A stretch of DNA of 64,000 bases, from positions 1 to 64,000 of the forward strand of contig JAYWGM010000095.1 in NCBI GenBank assembly GCA_043778225.1, given 5' to 3'. The DNA is from Deinococcales bacterium (GTDB taxonomy: Bacteria; Deinococcota; Deinococci; Deinococcales; JAAFIG01). The notes beneath the pieces are model-generated. The model was not told the origin of the DNA, did not search any database, and saw nothing but the letters and a program-made list of their open reading frames with translations. Numbering within the stretch: position 1 is the stretch's first letter; each line of letters starts with the position of its first letter. Below are positions 9,127 through 18,760 of this stretch, in pieces. Made by a program: the position numbers and the translations under genes.

Positions 9127-10710
9127 TTAGCGACTGGGCTTCCAGATTTTTGCAGGCTTATCGCGCTCAAAAATATAAAAGGAATTGCCCGAGACCGACT
9201 GCCAATCGCTTTTGAGACCATCTGGATATTGGACTCGCACTTCCGCCGTCTTACTGACCCCTAAGCCAAAATGTACCCAACCAAGCTGCCCACTGACATG
9301 ACCGCCGCCGATTGTTAATTCTCGGCGCAGGATTTTTCCATCCTCGAGTTTGACCTCGAGCCAACTACCGATGGCATTGCGGTTGCCTCCAGCCTGACGA
9401 ATTTGCAGTTGTAACCAGTTGTTTGGGCTGGTGCTGGTGTTGCGCCAAATTTCGGCGTTATCCCAACGATTGACGACCACCAAGTCGAGCCAGCCATCCA
9501 AGTTAAAATCTGCCAGCATTGCGCCACGTCCGCGTTTGCCACTGGCAACCCCTGCTTGGTCGCCGCTCTCGAGAAATTTACCATCAGGTTGCTGCAAAAA
9601 TAAGTTGTTGGGGTCAGACATTGCAAAGTCGGGCATCAAAGCAACGTTACCTTTTGCCACAAATAAATCGGTTAGGGTATCGTTGTTGACATCTTCAAAT
9701 TGAGCGTGCCAACCTGTGCTGGGTCGGGTGTTATCGCCAATGTAAGGGCGGTGTGCCGTGACTCCTTTTTGAAAAGCAATATCGGCATATTGTGGGCGAG
9801 TGCTGTCTTTTGCCAGAATTTGTAATTTCTGGTCCGCCATGCTGGTCAGGTAATACTCAGGGTAGCCATCGCCGCTCAAGTCATGACTGGCAATACCCAT
9901 GCCCCAAATCTGCAAACGCCGCCAGCCTTCATCTTCGGTGTATAAGCGCGGTGCTTGTTGGCTCGAGACCTGCCAGAGTTGTTCTTGACCACCTTTATAA
10001 TACTCACGGTCGTTGGAGACCCGCAAACTTGGTGTTCCAGAACGATTCCAATCCGAAAAAAGCATCGATAAACTGCAATAACTTGGGCGCAAAGGACTTG
10101 GCGTAGCAAATAAACGGCTCGAGGCTGGACGAATCAGCCAGTTATCGGTACAACTGCCCCACGGGTACTCGGTTTGGGTGCGGTCAACATACGAGCCAAT
10201 AGCAAGGGTTGGTAAAGTCTGCCCAGCTTCCCAAGTGGCGGCAAAGGCGGTGTGCCAAGCGTCGCCGGCTGTAAAATTCCAAAGGGTATTGGCATCTTCA
10301 AATTGGCACTTGCCCAAACCGCGAAAAAGCACATTTGCACCAAGCCGCAAAACCATTAAGTCGGTATTGCCATCGGCATCCACATCGAGCGGATATGCTC
10401 CGATCGTATCGGTCAATTCTAAGCCACTGAGCAGCCTCGAGAAACGCAGTGTTCCGGCACGGCGCGAGAGATTGCGGTAAAGCGTGGCTGGGCTTGTGCC
10501 ACCCGCCGTAAAAATCTCTGGGTAGCCATCGTTATCGCAGTCAAAAACGGCTGTGCCACCACCGACCATAAATTCCCAATCGCCTTCGTAGCGGCTCGAG
10601 ATTCCACTGCTCTTGGTTTCGTCGCTAAATTTGGCAATCGTTACGCCGCTTTGCCCGACCGCCGCCACGCCAAGTGCCACCGCCAGAAATACATAAATTG
10701 TTAAACGCAT
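9127..10710 (-). CDS. CRTAC1 / ASPIC-UnbV family FG-GAP repeat protein
   Basis: Repeated D.D.DG..D motifs; C-terminal NRNAIGS...GGGH.S...VHFGLG...V.YPDG. Confidence 0.85.
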   Translation of the reverse strand: MRLTIYVFLAVALGVAAVGQSGVTIAKFSDETKSSGISSRYEGDWEFMVGGGTAVFDCDNDGYPEIFTAGGTSPATLYRNLSRRAGTLRFSRLLSGLELTDTIGAYPLDVDADGNTDLMVLRLGANVLFRGLGKCQFEDANTLWNFTAGDAWHTAFAATWEAGQTLPTLAIGSYVDRTQTEYPWGSCTDNWLIRPASSRLFATPSPLRPSYCSLSMLFSDWNRSGTPSLRVSNDREYYKGGQEQLWQVSSQQAPRLYTEDEGWRRLQIWGMGIASHDLSGDGYPEYYLTSMADQKLQILAKDSTRPQYADIAFQKGVTAHRPYIGDNTRPSTGWHAQFEDVNNDTLTDLFVAKGNVALMPDFAMSDPNNLFLQQPDGKFLESGDQAGVASGKRGRGAMLADFNLDGWLDLVVVNRWDNAEIWRNTSTSPNNWLQLQIRQAGGNRNAIGSWLEVKLEDGKILRRELTIGGGHVSGQLGWVHFGLGVSKTAEVRVQYPDGLKSDWQSVSGNSFYIFERDKPAKIWKPSR

Positions 10711-10782
10711 AAGTACAGTCTAAACCTCGAGACTCGACAGCAGCAAGTTTTTTCTGGCATACTAAACACAGGAGGAAATACC

Positions 10783-11013
10783 ATGCCAGAAATTGAATTG
10801 ACCGCCGTTTTTTATGTGACCGTTCCCGACGATATAGACCCTGATGATGTAACAATCGAAGTGTCTGATGATGGTCTTGTTTCGTTTTTTGCCGACGGCG
10901 AAGAAGTTGCTACCGCCGAAGATATAGAAGGCTATGAAACCGAAGGTGTCTATCTCGAGGATGACGATGATGATGACGAAGAGGATGACGAAGAAGAGGA
11001 TGACGAAGACTAA
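10783..11013 (+). CDS. Small hyperacidic hypothetical protein
   Basis: 76 aa, GGAGG SD, followed by a terminator; 36 D/E and no K/R/H. Confidence 0.7.
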   Translation: MPEIELTAVFYVTVPDDIDPDDVTIEVSDDGLVSFFADGEEVATAEDIEGYETEGVYLEDDDDDDEEDDEEEDDED

Positions 11014-11046
11014 AATAAAATCCCCCAAATTTGGGGGATTTTATTT
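11014..11046. terminator. Bidirectional intrinsic terminator
   Basis: aataaaatccccc-aaatt-tggggattttatt between convergent genes. Confidence 0.7.
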
Positions 11047-12592
11047 AAGGAATCAAGTCGGTGTTGCTTTGTGGTAAGGGCTTGGGTTCATGGTCGTCGT
11101 CTCGAGGATAGGCTGGAGCAGTCAATTCGTGATAATCTAAGCCCTCGATTTCGGCTTGTGGCTTGACCCGCATTCCAGCACCAAAACGATCAATTGCCCG
11201 AAACATCAAATAACTGGTTGGCGCAACCCATAAAACATTGGCAGCAATCCCAATCAGTTGTGCCACCAACTGTTGCCAATTGCCATACAAAATACCTATT
11301 ACTGCCGTTTCCACACCATTAAAACCACGCCCATATGTGCCATCGGCAAAAATGCCAACGCTCAGTAAACCCCAAATACCACAAATACCGTGAACCGGAA
11401 TGGCCCCAACCGCGTCGTCTATCCGCCAATGCTCGAGTTGTTCTGTCCCCCAAACCACCAGTAAACCAGCCACTGCCCCAACCACGACGCTGGCTGGAGC
11501 GCCCAAAAAAGCACCCGATGCCGTATTGGCAACCAAACCGCCGAGCATTCCGTTGGCAACCATCGCAAGGTCTATACGCCCTTTGAGCGCTGACGTATAA
11601 AGCGCAGCTGCAATCATCCCAGCCGCCGAACAAATCATAGCGCTGACCGCCACCGTCACAAAGCGTATATCGGTGGCAGCAAGGGTTGAACCGGCGTTAA
11701 AGCCAAACCAACCGAACGCCAAAATAAACGTGCCAAGTACCGCCAATGGCGCATTGTGTCCACTGATGGCTCGAGATGTTCCATCGCGGTTAAAACGCCC
11801 GATGCGTGAACCAAGAACCAAAATACCAGTGTAGCTCATGATTGCGCCAGTTAAATGCACCACCCCAGAACCAGCAAAATCGACATAGCCATTGCCCAAC
11901 CCTAAATTTTTACCCAGTTGCGATAACCAACCGCCGCCCCATGCCCAATTGGCAAAAACTGGGTAAATAAACATCGAAGCCCCAAGCGCATACAAAATAA
12001 AAGCCCCAGTGCGCCAGCGCTCGGCTAATGCTCCCGTTGGAATGGTCAGGGCGGTGTCTAAAAAAACCAAATGAAAGAAAAACAAAGCAAAAGTCGCCAC
12101 ATCATAGGCATTGCCCGATAAAGCAAAACCCGTGCAACCCAGCAGCCCCCATTTTTGATCACCAATGGTAATACCGAGCGAACAATTGAGGTTTTGTCCA
12201 CCACCAAAAGCCGCCACATTGCCGCCAGAGCCACCCATTTGCAGCGCAAAACCAACCATCAAAAAACCAAGCACCCCTAAGCCGTAAACCAAAAGGTTCA
12301 TCATGACGGTATGCCCAGCATTTTTGGCTCGAGTAAAGCCAGCCTCAACCAGCGCAAAGCCCGCCTGCATAAACATCACCATAAACATCGCAATCATGAC
12401 CCAGACAAGATTTAAGGCAACTCTGGTCTGCCCAAGAATTGCACCAAGGTCTTCGACCGACAATGGCGTGGTTGGCGTTGGGTCGGTGATGTTACCGATT
12501 CCACCCGTGGTAGCCCCACTTGGGTCAGTCGCAAGGGCAACGCCTGTAAAACAAAGCGCCAAAACCAGTGGCAACCAATGACGCGGACTCAT
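11045..12592 (-). CDS. amt: Ammonium transporter (Amt family)
   Basis: MQAGFALVEAG, GALAERW, DFAGSGVVH, WFGFNAGS, DDAVGAIPVHG. Confidence 0.95.
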   Translation of the reverse strand: MSPRHWLPLVLALCFTGVALATDPSGATTGGIGNITDPTPTTPLSVEDLGAILGQTRVALNLVWVMIAMFMVMFMQAGFALVEAGFTRAKNAGHTVMMNLLVYGLGVLGFLMVGFALQMGGSGGNVAAFGGGQNLNCSLGITIGDQKWGLLGCTGFALSGNAYDVATFALFFFHLVFLDTALTIPTGALAERWRTGAFILYALGASMFIYPVFANWAWGGGWLSQLGKNLGLGNGYVDFAGSGVVHLTGAIMSYTGILVLGSRIGRFNRDGTSRAISGHNAPLAVLGTFILAFGWFGFNAGSTLAATDIRFVTVAVSAMICSAAGMIAAALYTSALKGRIDLAMVANGMLGGLVANTASGAFLGAPASVVVGAVAGLLVVWGTEQLEHWRIDDAVGAIPVHGICGIWGLLSVGIFADGTYGRGFNGVETAVIGILYGNWQQLVAQLIGIAANVLWVAPTSYLMFRAIDRFGAGMRVKPQAEIEGLDYHELTAPAYPRDDDHEPKPLPQSNTDLIP

Positions 12593-14049
12593 GTGTTGCG
12601 CCTCATTCGTGCCACCATCGACTTTAATGAAACCCGCATTCGCTCGAGTGAACCAAGCATATCGCCAATTTCATCGTTGGATTCGACTGTCACAGTGCGG
12701 TCGAGGTCGCCAAGGGCAATGCGGTTGGCTTGGTCGGTTGCCGAGATAATTGGACGCGACAACCTTGCGGCTAAAGCATTGGCTAAGAAAAGCGCAAAAA
12801 CAAAAATGACTGCCAGCGCAATTAAAAGTGGAATAATCGCCTGAACAACCCGAGTTGGAATTTCGGCTAGAGAAAACACAATGTGAACTTCACCAATGAC
12901 TGTATCTTCTGAGGTAGCCAAGGTATTGTCTTTAATTTCTGCAACTGAGCCAATATAGGGTTGTCCACGGAACAAAACCGCACCAAACTTCAAACCCTGT
13001 GCTTCAAATTTCTTAAACTCATTGTCTATTTCAACCGCTTCCTCAGCAGTCATATTGATAGTTGATGCAAAAGCTGCAAGCTCGCCGTTTGTACCAGAAA
13101 TAGCCAAGACTTTAGCCGCATAGATAATAGCTGTTGTTTCTAATGTCTGGGTCAAATTGTTTTTGGCTTCGGCTTCCAGTTCTTTCAACGCGGTTGGCGA
13201 AGGTAATTGTTCGACCAGACCAAAATTGGCTTTGGCAAGTCCAAGGGCTGCCTGATATGCCCGTAGCCCGAGTTGCTCACGGTAAATCTGCGGCAATTGG
13301 TACGCCATAAAAGCGATTGTCCCTAAAGCCACCAAAACATAAGGCACAATCAAAGAAGCCAGCATCTGATTACGCACACTGGTGCGCGGCATGGCACGGT
13401 CTCGAGCTTTGCGGGCTTGTGGTGGCAAATCTGATTGTACAATTTCTTTTCGGTCAAACCCCACGGCTGTTCCGGGGGCAGCAAATGGGTCGGCATTCTG
13501 GGTATTTTCGGAGTTTCCTCGAGCCATATTGGGCGCAGCAAATGGGTCTGACTTTGGTGCTGCAAACGGGTCAGATTTTGGCGCAGCAAAGGGGTCAGAC
13601 TTTGGGGCTGCAAATGGGTCAGACTTTGGCGCAGCAAAGGGGTCGGACTTTGGGGCTGCAAATGGGTCAGACTTTGGGGCTGCAAAGGGGTCGGGTTTCG
13701 GCGCAGCAAAGGGGTCAGACCCTTGGGCGTTAAGCGGTGGAATACTGGGGGCAGCAAATGGGTCTGGGGCATTGAGAACTGGCGGCACGGCGGCTGGGGG
13801 GACTTGTGGCTCGTTTTCGGCAGCATTCTCGAGGACATCTACCTTGACACCTGCACTGCGTAAGATATTGGCAACCGTGTTGGCTTGGTTTTGGTTGCTG
13901 GCTCTGGCAATTCTCGAGCCAGCTTGCCTCGAAAGCAGCAATTGCAATTTTTCTGGACTGCCACCCAAGGCTGGGGCAGTCAGTAGCGCCACCCGCTTGG
14001 CTTCGCTGTCCGATAACGGCTCGCTTAAATGAATACTAAAATGACTCAT
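12589..14049 (-). CDS. Membrane HAMP-domain protein with N-terminal cytoplasmic domain and DPFAAPK repeat linker, no output domain
   Basis: Two TM helices around an extracytoplasmic domain, terminal HAMP (PI...A..IA.GDL......NDEIG.M...L..M); ATGA overlap with amt. Confidence 0.8.
   Translation of the reverse strand: MSHFSIHLSEPLSDSEAKRVALLTAPALGGSPEKLQLLLSRQAGSRIARASNQNQANTVANILRSAGVKVDVLENAAENEPQVPPAAVPPVLNAPDPFAAPSIPPLNAQGSDPFAAPKPDPFAAPKSDPFAAPKSDPFAAPKSDPFAAPKSDPFAAPKSDPFAAPKSDPFAAPNMARGNSENTQNADPFAAPGTAVGFDRKEIVQSDLPPQARKARDRAMPRTSVRNQMLASLIVPYVLVALGTIAFMAYQLPQIYREQLGLRAYQAALGLAKANFGLVEQLPSPTALKELEAEAKNNLTQTLETTAIIYAAKVLAISGTNGELAAFASTINMTAEEAVEIDNEFKKFEAQGLKFGAVLFRGQPYIGSVAEIKDNTLATSEDTVIGEVHIVFSLAEIPTRVVQAIIPLLIALAVIFVFALFLANALAARLSRPIISATDQANRIALGDLDRTVTVESNDEIGDMLGSLERMRVSLKSMVARMRRNT
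13529..13720 (-). repeat. Coding 24-bp tandem repeat, 8 units of (S/P)DPFAAP(K/N)
   Basis: Units visible in DNA with synonymous variation. Confidence 0.92.
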
Positions 14050-14060
14050 ACAACCCCCAA

Positions 14061-14122
14061 ATTAAATTCTATAAATTTCTGGTCATTAAATTCCATAAAT
14101 TTTTGGTCATTAAATTCCATAT
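14061..14122. repeat. 24-bp tandem repeat (~2.6 copies) at a gene junction
   Basis: attaaattcYataaatttYtggtc repeated, overlapping the stop codon at 14110. Confidence 0.8.
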
Positions 14123-14892
14123 TTACTCCGAAGCTGCACCAAAATTTTCACAAAGCGCTCTTGCGTAGCGACATCACCAATGCTGTCTGCCAATGCCCGC
14201 AGCGTTTCCGAAAAACGGGTGGCTGGCAATTGTGCCAAATCGACACTTAAATCGCGGCAAACATCGGCGTATAAAAACTCTCCGGCTGGACCTAAAAGGC
14301 TGATGTAGGCACGGCGCAACTCGAGTGTAAATTCGTTGGAGACCGTATTGGTGCTGGCTTTACTGACCTGCAATAAACCACGGGCGCTCAAGGCAGCCGC
14401 CGCTTGGCGCGTTCGGGATTCTGACCAGTTCAGGCTTTGCCCGACTTGGCGCAAGGTGGCTGTACCGTTTAGGCGTGGCAAGAACATCAGTTCATCGGCA
14501 GAAAGGGTCAGTTCGCCTTCAAATTGCCCAACCATTCTGGCGCGTCGGTCGAGGTCTACGCCCAAATCAAAATCGGAGATACCTTCATCTTCGGCAACCG
14601 CAATCGAAAGCGCCAGACCCTCAAGCGAGGTATCTATGCTCGAGCGGGGGCTGCGTTCGCCCGAGTGAAAGCGAAAACGCCCACCCGCCCAAGCCGTCAT
14701 TTTGCGAATCGCATGCTGCCCAAGTAAGACACCCGCCTCGGCGTGAACCACTTCGCCGTTGTTGACATAAATACTGGCATCTTCTTGCCCAAATAAAACC
14801 TCGAGCCGCCCAGAAGCACCGGTCTCTTTTAGGTACGACAGCAGACTGAACAATTGTTCTTTTTCTAACGCACCAGAAAGTGTACTCATCAA
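14110..14892 (-). CDS. DUF4388 (PATAN-like) domain protein
   Basis: N-terminal LSGAL....L..LL......SG.L.V.......IY...G.VVHA......G..AI.....W..G.F.F pattern; wHTH-like middle. Confidence 0.75.
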   Translation of the reverse strand: MMSTLSGALEKEQLFSLLSYLKETGASGRLEVLFGQEDASIYVNNGEVVHAEAGVLLGQHAIRKMTAWAGGRFRFHSGERSPRSSIDTSLEGLALSIAVAEDEGISDFDLGVDLDRRARMVGQFEGELTLSADELMFLPRLNGTATLRQVGQSLNWSESRTRQAAAALSARGLLQVSKASTNTVSNEFTLELRRAYISLLGPAGEFLYADVCRDLSVDLAQLPATRFSETLRALADSIGDVATQERFVKILVQLRSKYGI

Positions 14893-14898
14893 AGACCT

Positions 14899-15915
14899 TT
14901 AGAGCGGGCAAATCACTTCAAGACCAGCTGCCCGCCACAAACGACGGTGCTTATCTCGAATTGGAGCTAAAAGAGGATAGAGGGCTTGGGGTGGAATAGA
15001 AAGCTGTTTTAGGGTTTCAAGGTAAGCTGCCACCAAACCTTCAAACAATTCACGACTTGGCGAGCCGATAAACAAAAGCCCGGCGGTATAGCGCAATTCC
15101 TCGAGAAATGGGTCGAGCAATGGATAGCGCTCGACCAGTTGTAAGCGGGCTTTACGAAAAGTTAAATCCCAAGTGTCTTTGCCGCGCACCGAATCGGTGC
15201 GCTTTTCGCAAAAAGACAGGATTTCATTCCAAGTGCGGGTCAGTTCATCAAACGATGCCTCACCCAAAATCGTGTCTTGGTCAAGGCTCGAGAAACCACT
15301 TTTGCTGTAGACCGCAAAGCGGGTGTTGTCTTCGCCTGCCTCGAGCGCGATTCGGGTTTGGGCTTCTTGCTGAAATAAAATTCGCCCCGATTGCTCGTAA
15401 CTGACCAAGACGGCTGCACCGTTATTATAGGTGATGATGCCACGCCAATCTAAGCCAAGCGCCAACAGTTGCCCAGTTAAGTTCTGTTGTTCAATCGCGG
15501 CAATCACTGCACTAACCGAAGCCTGAGGCACAACCCGCTCGAGTTGCAATTGCCAAGTCGCAACCTCGAGTAAACTCTGAACCGCATAGCGGTCGAGGGT
15601 ATACAAACTGATGCTGGCATCGCGGTTCATATAGAGCGACATAAACCCTTCACGGCTTAGGGTTTGCGGCGTGTCGGTTGCCACTTGCCCGACCACGCCC
15701 GCCAAACGTGAGTCAATAAAGTAGGCTCGAGCCATGGCTTGTGGCGTTTGCAGGATTGAGAACCCAGAAAACTGGCTACGCGACTCGACATCTGCCTCGA
15801 GCATATCCCAACGAATTAAGGCACTCGACAAGGCTTGAAAAATCGGTGCATCCAAAGGCACAGGCGGCAATGCAAACGCCGTTGGGGTGATGGTTGTTTG
15901 TATTTCTGGATTCAC
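14899..15915 (-). CDS. Hypothetical protein, possibly with tandem DUF4388/PATAN-like domains
   Basis: Two F/LSG/TG-beta-hairpin segments resembling DUF4388; 6 nt from the next gene. Confidence 0.55.
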   Translation of the reverse strand: MNPEIQTTITPTAFALPPVPLDAPIFQALSSALIRWDMLEADVESRSQFSGFSILQTPQAMARAYFIDSRLAGVVGQVATDTPQTLSREGFMSLYMNRDASISLYTLDRYAVQSLLEVATWQLQLERVVPQASVSAVIAAIEQQNLTGQLLALGLDWRGIITYNNGAAVLVSYEQSGRILFQQEAQTRIALEAGEDNTRFAVYSKSGFSSLDQDTILGEASFDELTRTWNEILSFCEKRTDSVRGKDTWDLTFRKARLQLVERYPLLDPFLEELRYTAGLLFIGSPSRELFEGLVAAYLETLKQLSIPPQALYPLLAPIRDKHRRLWRAAGLEVICPL

Positions 15916-15964
15916 ATTTCGCCTCGCTCTCTAGGATTCTTTTGACCGTACAGCCGACTATGTA

Positions 15965-15982
15965 TTGTAGTTGATGCTACAA
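15965..15982. promoter_or_regulatory. Palindromic operator candidate TTGTAG-N6-CTACAA (GTA-N8-TAC)
   Basis: Perfect 6-bp inverted repeat 50 bp upstream of the 15915 start. Confidence 0.4.
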
Positions 15983-16014
15983 ATTATCACACCTTCTTCG
16001 GACATCATGCAGTA

Positions 16015-16635
16015 TTACTCGAGTTCTTGCTTTCGGATGTGCAAATCCAAACCTCGCTTTTCTAAAACAGTCCGACCAGCCACCTGTGCTAAACACAACA
16101 AGGCTCGAACTTCTATTCCCAAAGCCGCCACCGCAATCCGCGAGCGCCCCCCTAAGTAACTTTTTTCAATCAAGGCAGCCACTCCCACGGCAGATGCGTT
16201 ACTATACTCTATCAGATGCAATAAACCCAAAGTCATGATGCCTTCGCTTAAAACATCACGAAAAATTAAGACTCGAGCCTTTTGGGGCAGCGCCCCTCGA
16301 GCAATAGCTAAGGTTTTTCCAGCAATTTGCACCTGTAAAAGTGATTCGTCTTGTAGAAAACCACTCGAGTCAGCATCATCAGTCTCGACAATATCCAGAA
16401 TCTGAGCGCTGACAAATGGAATTCCTAAGCCTTGTGACAAGGCAAAAATCAGCACTGGATGATCCGACGGGGCTGCCAGAATCACATCGGCTGGTGGCAA
16501 ATGCTGCTGCAATGCCTCGATCAGCGCCATAATCATCAGAGGTGATAACTGCTGGGTAAAAACACCCGCTTGCAGCACAGCTTCTGGCTGTTGCAAGACA
16601 AAATCCTTAAATTGCTCGAAATAAGACAAAGACAT
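16015..16635 (-). CDS. Xanthine/adenine phosphoribosyltransferase-like protein with degenerate PRPP loop
   Basis: RVLIFRDVLSEG (canonical DD replaced by RD), AVGVAALIEKSYLGGR tail typical of Xpt. Confidence 0.7.
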   Translation of the reverse strand: MSLSYFEQFKDFVLQQPEAVLQAGVFTQQLSPLMIMALIEALQQHLPPADVILAAPSDHPVLIFALSQGLGIPFVSAQILDIVETDDADSSGFLQDESLLQVQIAGKTLAIARGALPQKARVLIFRDVLSEGIMTLGLLHLIEYSNASAVGVAALIEKSYLGGRSRIAVAALGIEVRALLCLAQVAGRTVLEKRGLDLHIRKQELE

Positions 16636-16729
16636 GAACTTTTATAGCCTACCGCATCTAGGCTGGTCAAAAACAAAATTTTCACATCTGCCCCTACTCA
16701 AAAAAAATGTTTTCACCTAGTCTGGCATC

Positions 16730-18757
16730 ATGAAAGACACGCCAAACGCGCTTTTATTCGAGACCAGCCCTTATCTCTTACAACACGCTTACAATCCAGT
16801 CCAATGGCTGCCGTGGGGTGAGGCTGCCTTTGAAGCCGCCAAAACTCGAGACTTACCGATATTTTTGTCGGTCGGATACAGCGCTTGCCATTGGTGTCAT
16901 GTGATGGAACACGAGAGCTTTGAGAATCAAGAAATAGCCAATCTGATTAACTCGCTTTTTGTACCAGTCAAGGTAGACCGCGAAGAACGCCCCGATGTGG
17001 ACAGCATTTATATGAATGCTGTGCAGATTTTAAGCGGTGCGGGTGGCTGGCCGATGACCGTTTTTTTAACCCCTGACGGCAAACCGTTTTATGGTGGCAC
17101 GTATTATCCACCAATCGACCGCTATGGCAGACCGGGTTTGACTCGAGTGCTGATGTCGGTTTCTGAGGCGTGGAACAATAAGCGCCAACAATTGCTCGAG
17201 ACCGCCAACGACCTGACCAACCACTTAAAAAACTTTGAGAACCTCAAAAGTAATCCGACCCTTGAAGCAGCCCTCAGCCAGAACGCCCTGAGCAACCTCG
17301 AGCGCAGTTTTGACCCGCAGTATGGCGGTTTTGGGGCAGCCCCCAAATTTCCCAACGCCGCCAATCTTGAGTGGTTGCTTGAGCATTGGCAGCGCAGCAA
17401 AAACCCCAAATCCCTCGAGATGCTGACCAAAACCCTCGATTCTATGGCAGATGGTGGCATTTACGACCACTTGGGCGGCGGTTTTGCCCGTTACAGCACC
17501 GACGAGCGCTGGCTTGCACCACACTTTGAAAAAATGCTCTACGACAACGCCCAACTGATTAAACTTTATACTTTGGCTTGGCTTGCCACCAAACAAGAAA
17601 GCTATTTTTTGACCGCCAAAGAAAGCCTTGAATATCTACTGCGCGAAATGCAGAGTCCCGAAGGTGGTTTTTACAGCGCCCAAGATGCTGACTCCGAAGG
17701 CATCGAAGGTAAATACTTTGTTTGGGATGAAACCGAGGTAGACACCATCCTCGAGACCGACAGCCCACTCTTTAAGCGGGCGTATGGGGTTGTGCCACAA
17801 GGCAACTGGGAACATAAAAATATCCTGACTCGAGCCGCCAGCCAAAGTGAACTTTTAGAACTCAATCCAGAGTTTTATGAAATCCTCGAGAACTGCAAAA
17901 CCAAATTATTTTTAGCCCGAGAAAAACGTATTAAACCAAGTCTGGACGATAAAATTCTGTGCAGTTGGAACGGGTTAGCACTCGAGGCACTGGCAATTGC
18001 TGGGCGCTTGATGGGTGGACGTGCGCCCAAATACTTAGCCCATGCTCAAAAACTGGCTGGATTTTTACTTGAGAAGTTTGCCTACCGCCACGACGGCTAT
18101 TTACGACTTTGGCACACCTACAAAACGGGCAGCCAAGCAAAAATAACGGGGATGCTCGAGGATTATGCACTTTTAGGGCTTGGAATGCTCGAAATGTACC
18201 AAAGCACCTTTGAAACCCAGTACCTCGAGACTGCCCAAGACTTGAGCCGCAGTATGCTCGAGTTTTTCAAAGACCCAAGCGGTGGGTTTTTTGACACCGC
18301 CACTGATGCCGAGACCCTGATTGTGCGCCCCAAAAGTTATTTTGATTCCGCCATGCCCAGTGGCAACGGTGCAGCCAGTTTACTCTTGATTAAACTCGCC
18401 AGGCTGACCAGCCAAGATGGTCTCGAGCAAACTGCCCTCGAAGCGGTGCTGCATATGCAGGAAGTGATACAGCGCCAGCCGACTGGCTTTGGTAGCCTGA
18501 GCCGTGTTCTCGAGCAGCATCTGGCGCTGCACCAAGAAATTGCCATTGGCGGCGACTTAGCCCGCGACGACACCCAAGCAATGCTCAAAGTCATTCGCCA
18601 AAAATACCAGCCGCACACCGCAATTGCGGCTGGAAATGCAGTGCTGCCTTTGCTCGAGAACCGCCGCAGCCTTGAGCCAAAAGTCTTTATTTGCGAAAAT
18701 ATGGCGTGTCAAATGCCGATTGATAATTTGGAAGCGTTGGCAAAAGCCTTGGGTTAG
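16730..18757 (+). CDS. Thioredoxin-domain protein, YyaL/SSP411 family
   Basis: [51 protein letters not shown]. Confidence 0.93.
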   Translation: MKDTPNALLFETSPYLLQHAYNPVQWLPWGEAAFEAAKTRDLPIFLSVGYSACHWCHVMEHESFENQEIANLINSLFVPVKVDREERPDVDSIYMNAVQILSGAGGWPMTVFLTPDGKPFYGGTYYPPIDRYGRPGLTRVLMSVSEAWNNKRQQLLETANDLTNHLKNFENLKSNPTLEAALSQNALSNLERSFDPQYGGFGAAPKFPNAANLEWLLEHWQRSKNPKSLEMLTKTLDSMADGGIYDHLGGGFARYSTDERWLAPHFEKMLYDNAQLIKLYTLAWLATKQESYFLTAKESLEYLLREMQSPEGGFYSAQDADSEGIEGKYFVWDETEVDTILETDSPLFKRAYGVVPQGNWEHKNILTRAASQSELLELNPEFYEILENCKTKLFLAREKRIKPSLDDKILCSWNGLALEALAIAGRLMGGRAPKYLAHAQKLAGFLLEKFAYRHDGYLRLWHTYKTGSQAKITGMLEDYALLGLGMLEMYQSTFETQYLETAQDLSRSMLEFFKDPSGGFFDTATDAETLIVRPKSYFDSAMPSGNGAASLLLIKLARLTSQDGLEQTALEAVLHMQEVIQRQPTGFGSLSRVLEQHLALHQEIAIGGDLARDDTQAMLKVIRQKYQPHTAIAAGNAVLPLLENRRSLEPKVFICENMACQMPIDNLEALAKALG

Positions 18758-18760
18758 GAA

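Noticed and set aside
13317..14032. Plus-strand ORFs with GAANGSDF or QMGQTL repeats
   Set aside because: Shadow frames of the SDPFAAPK repeat in the minus-strand HAMP gene
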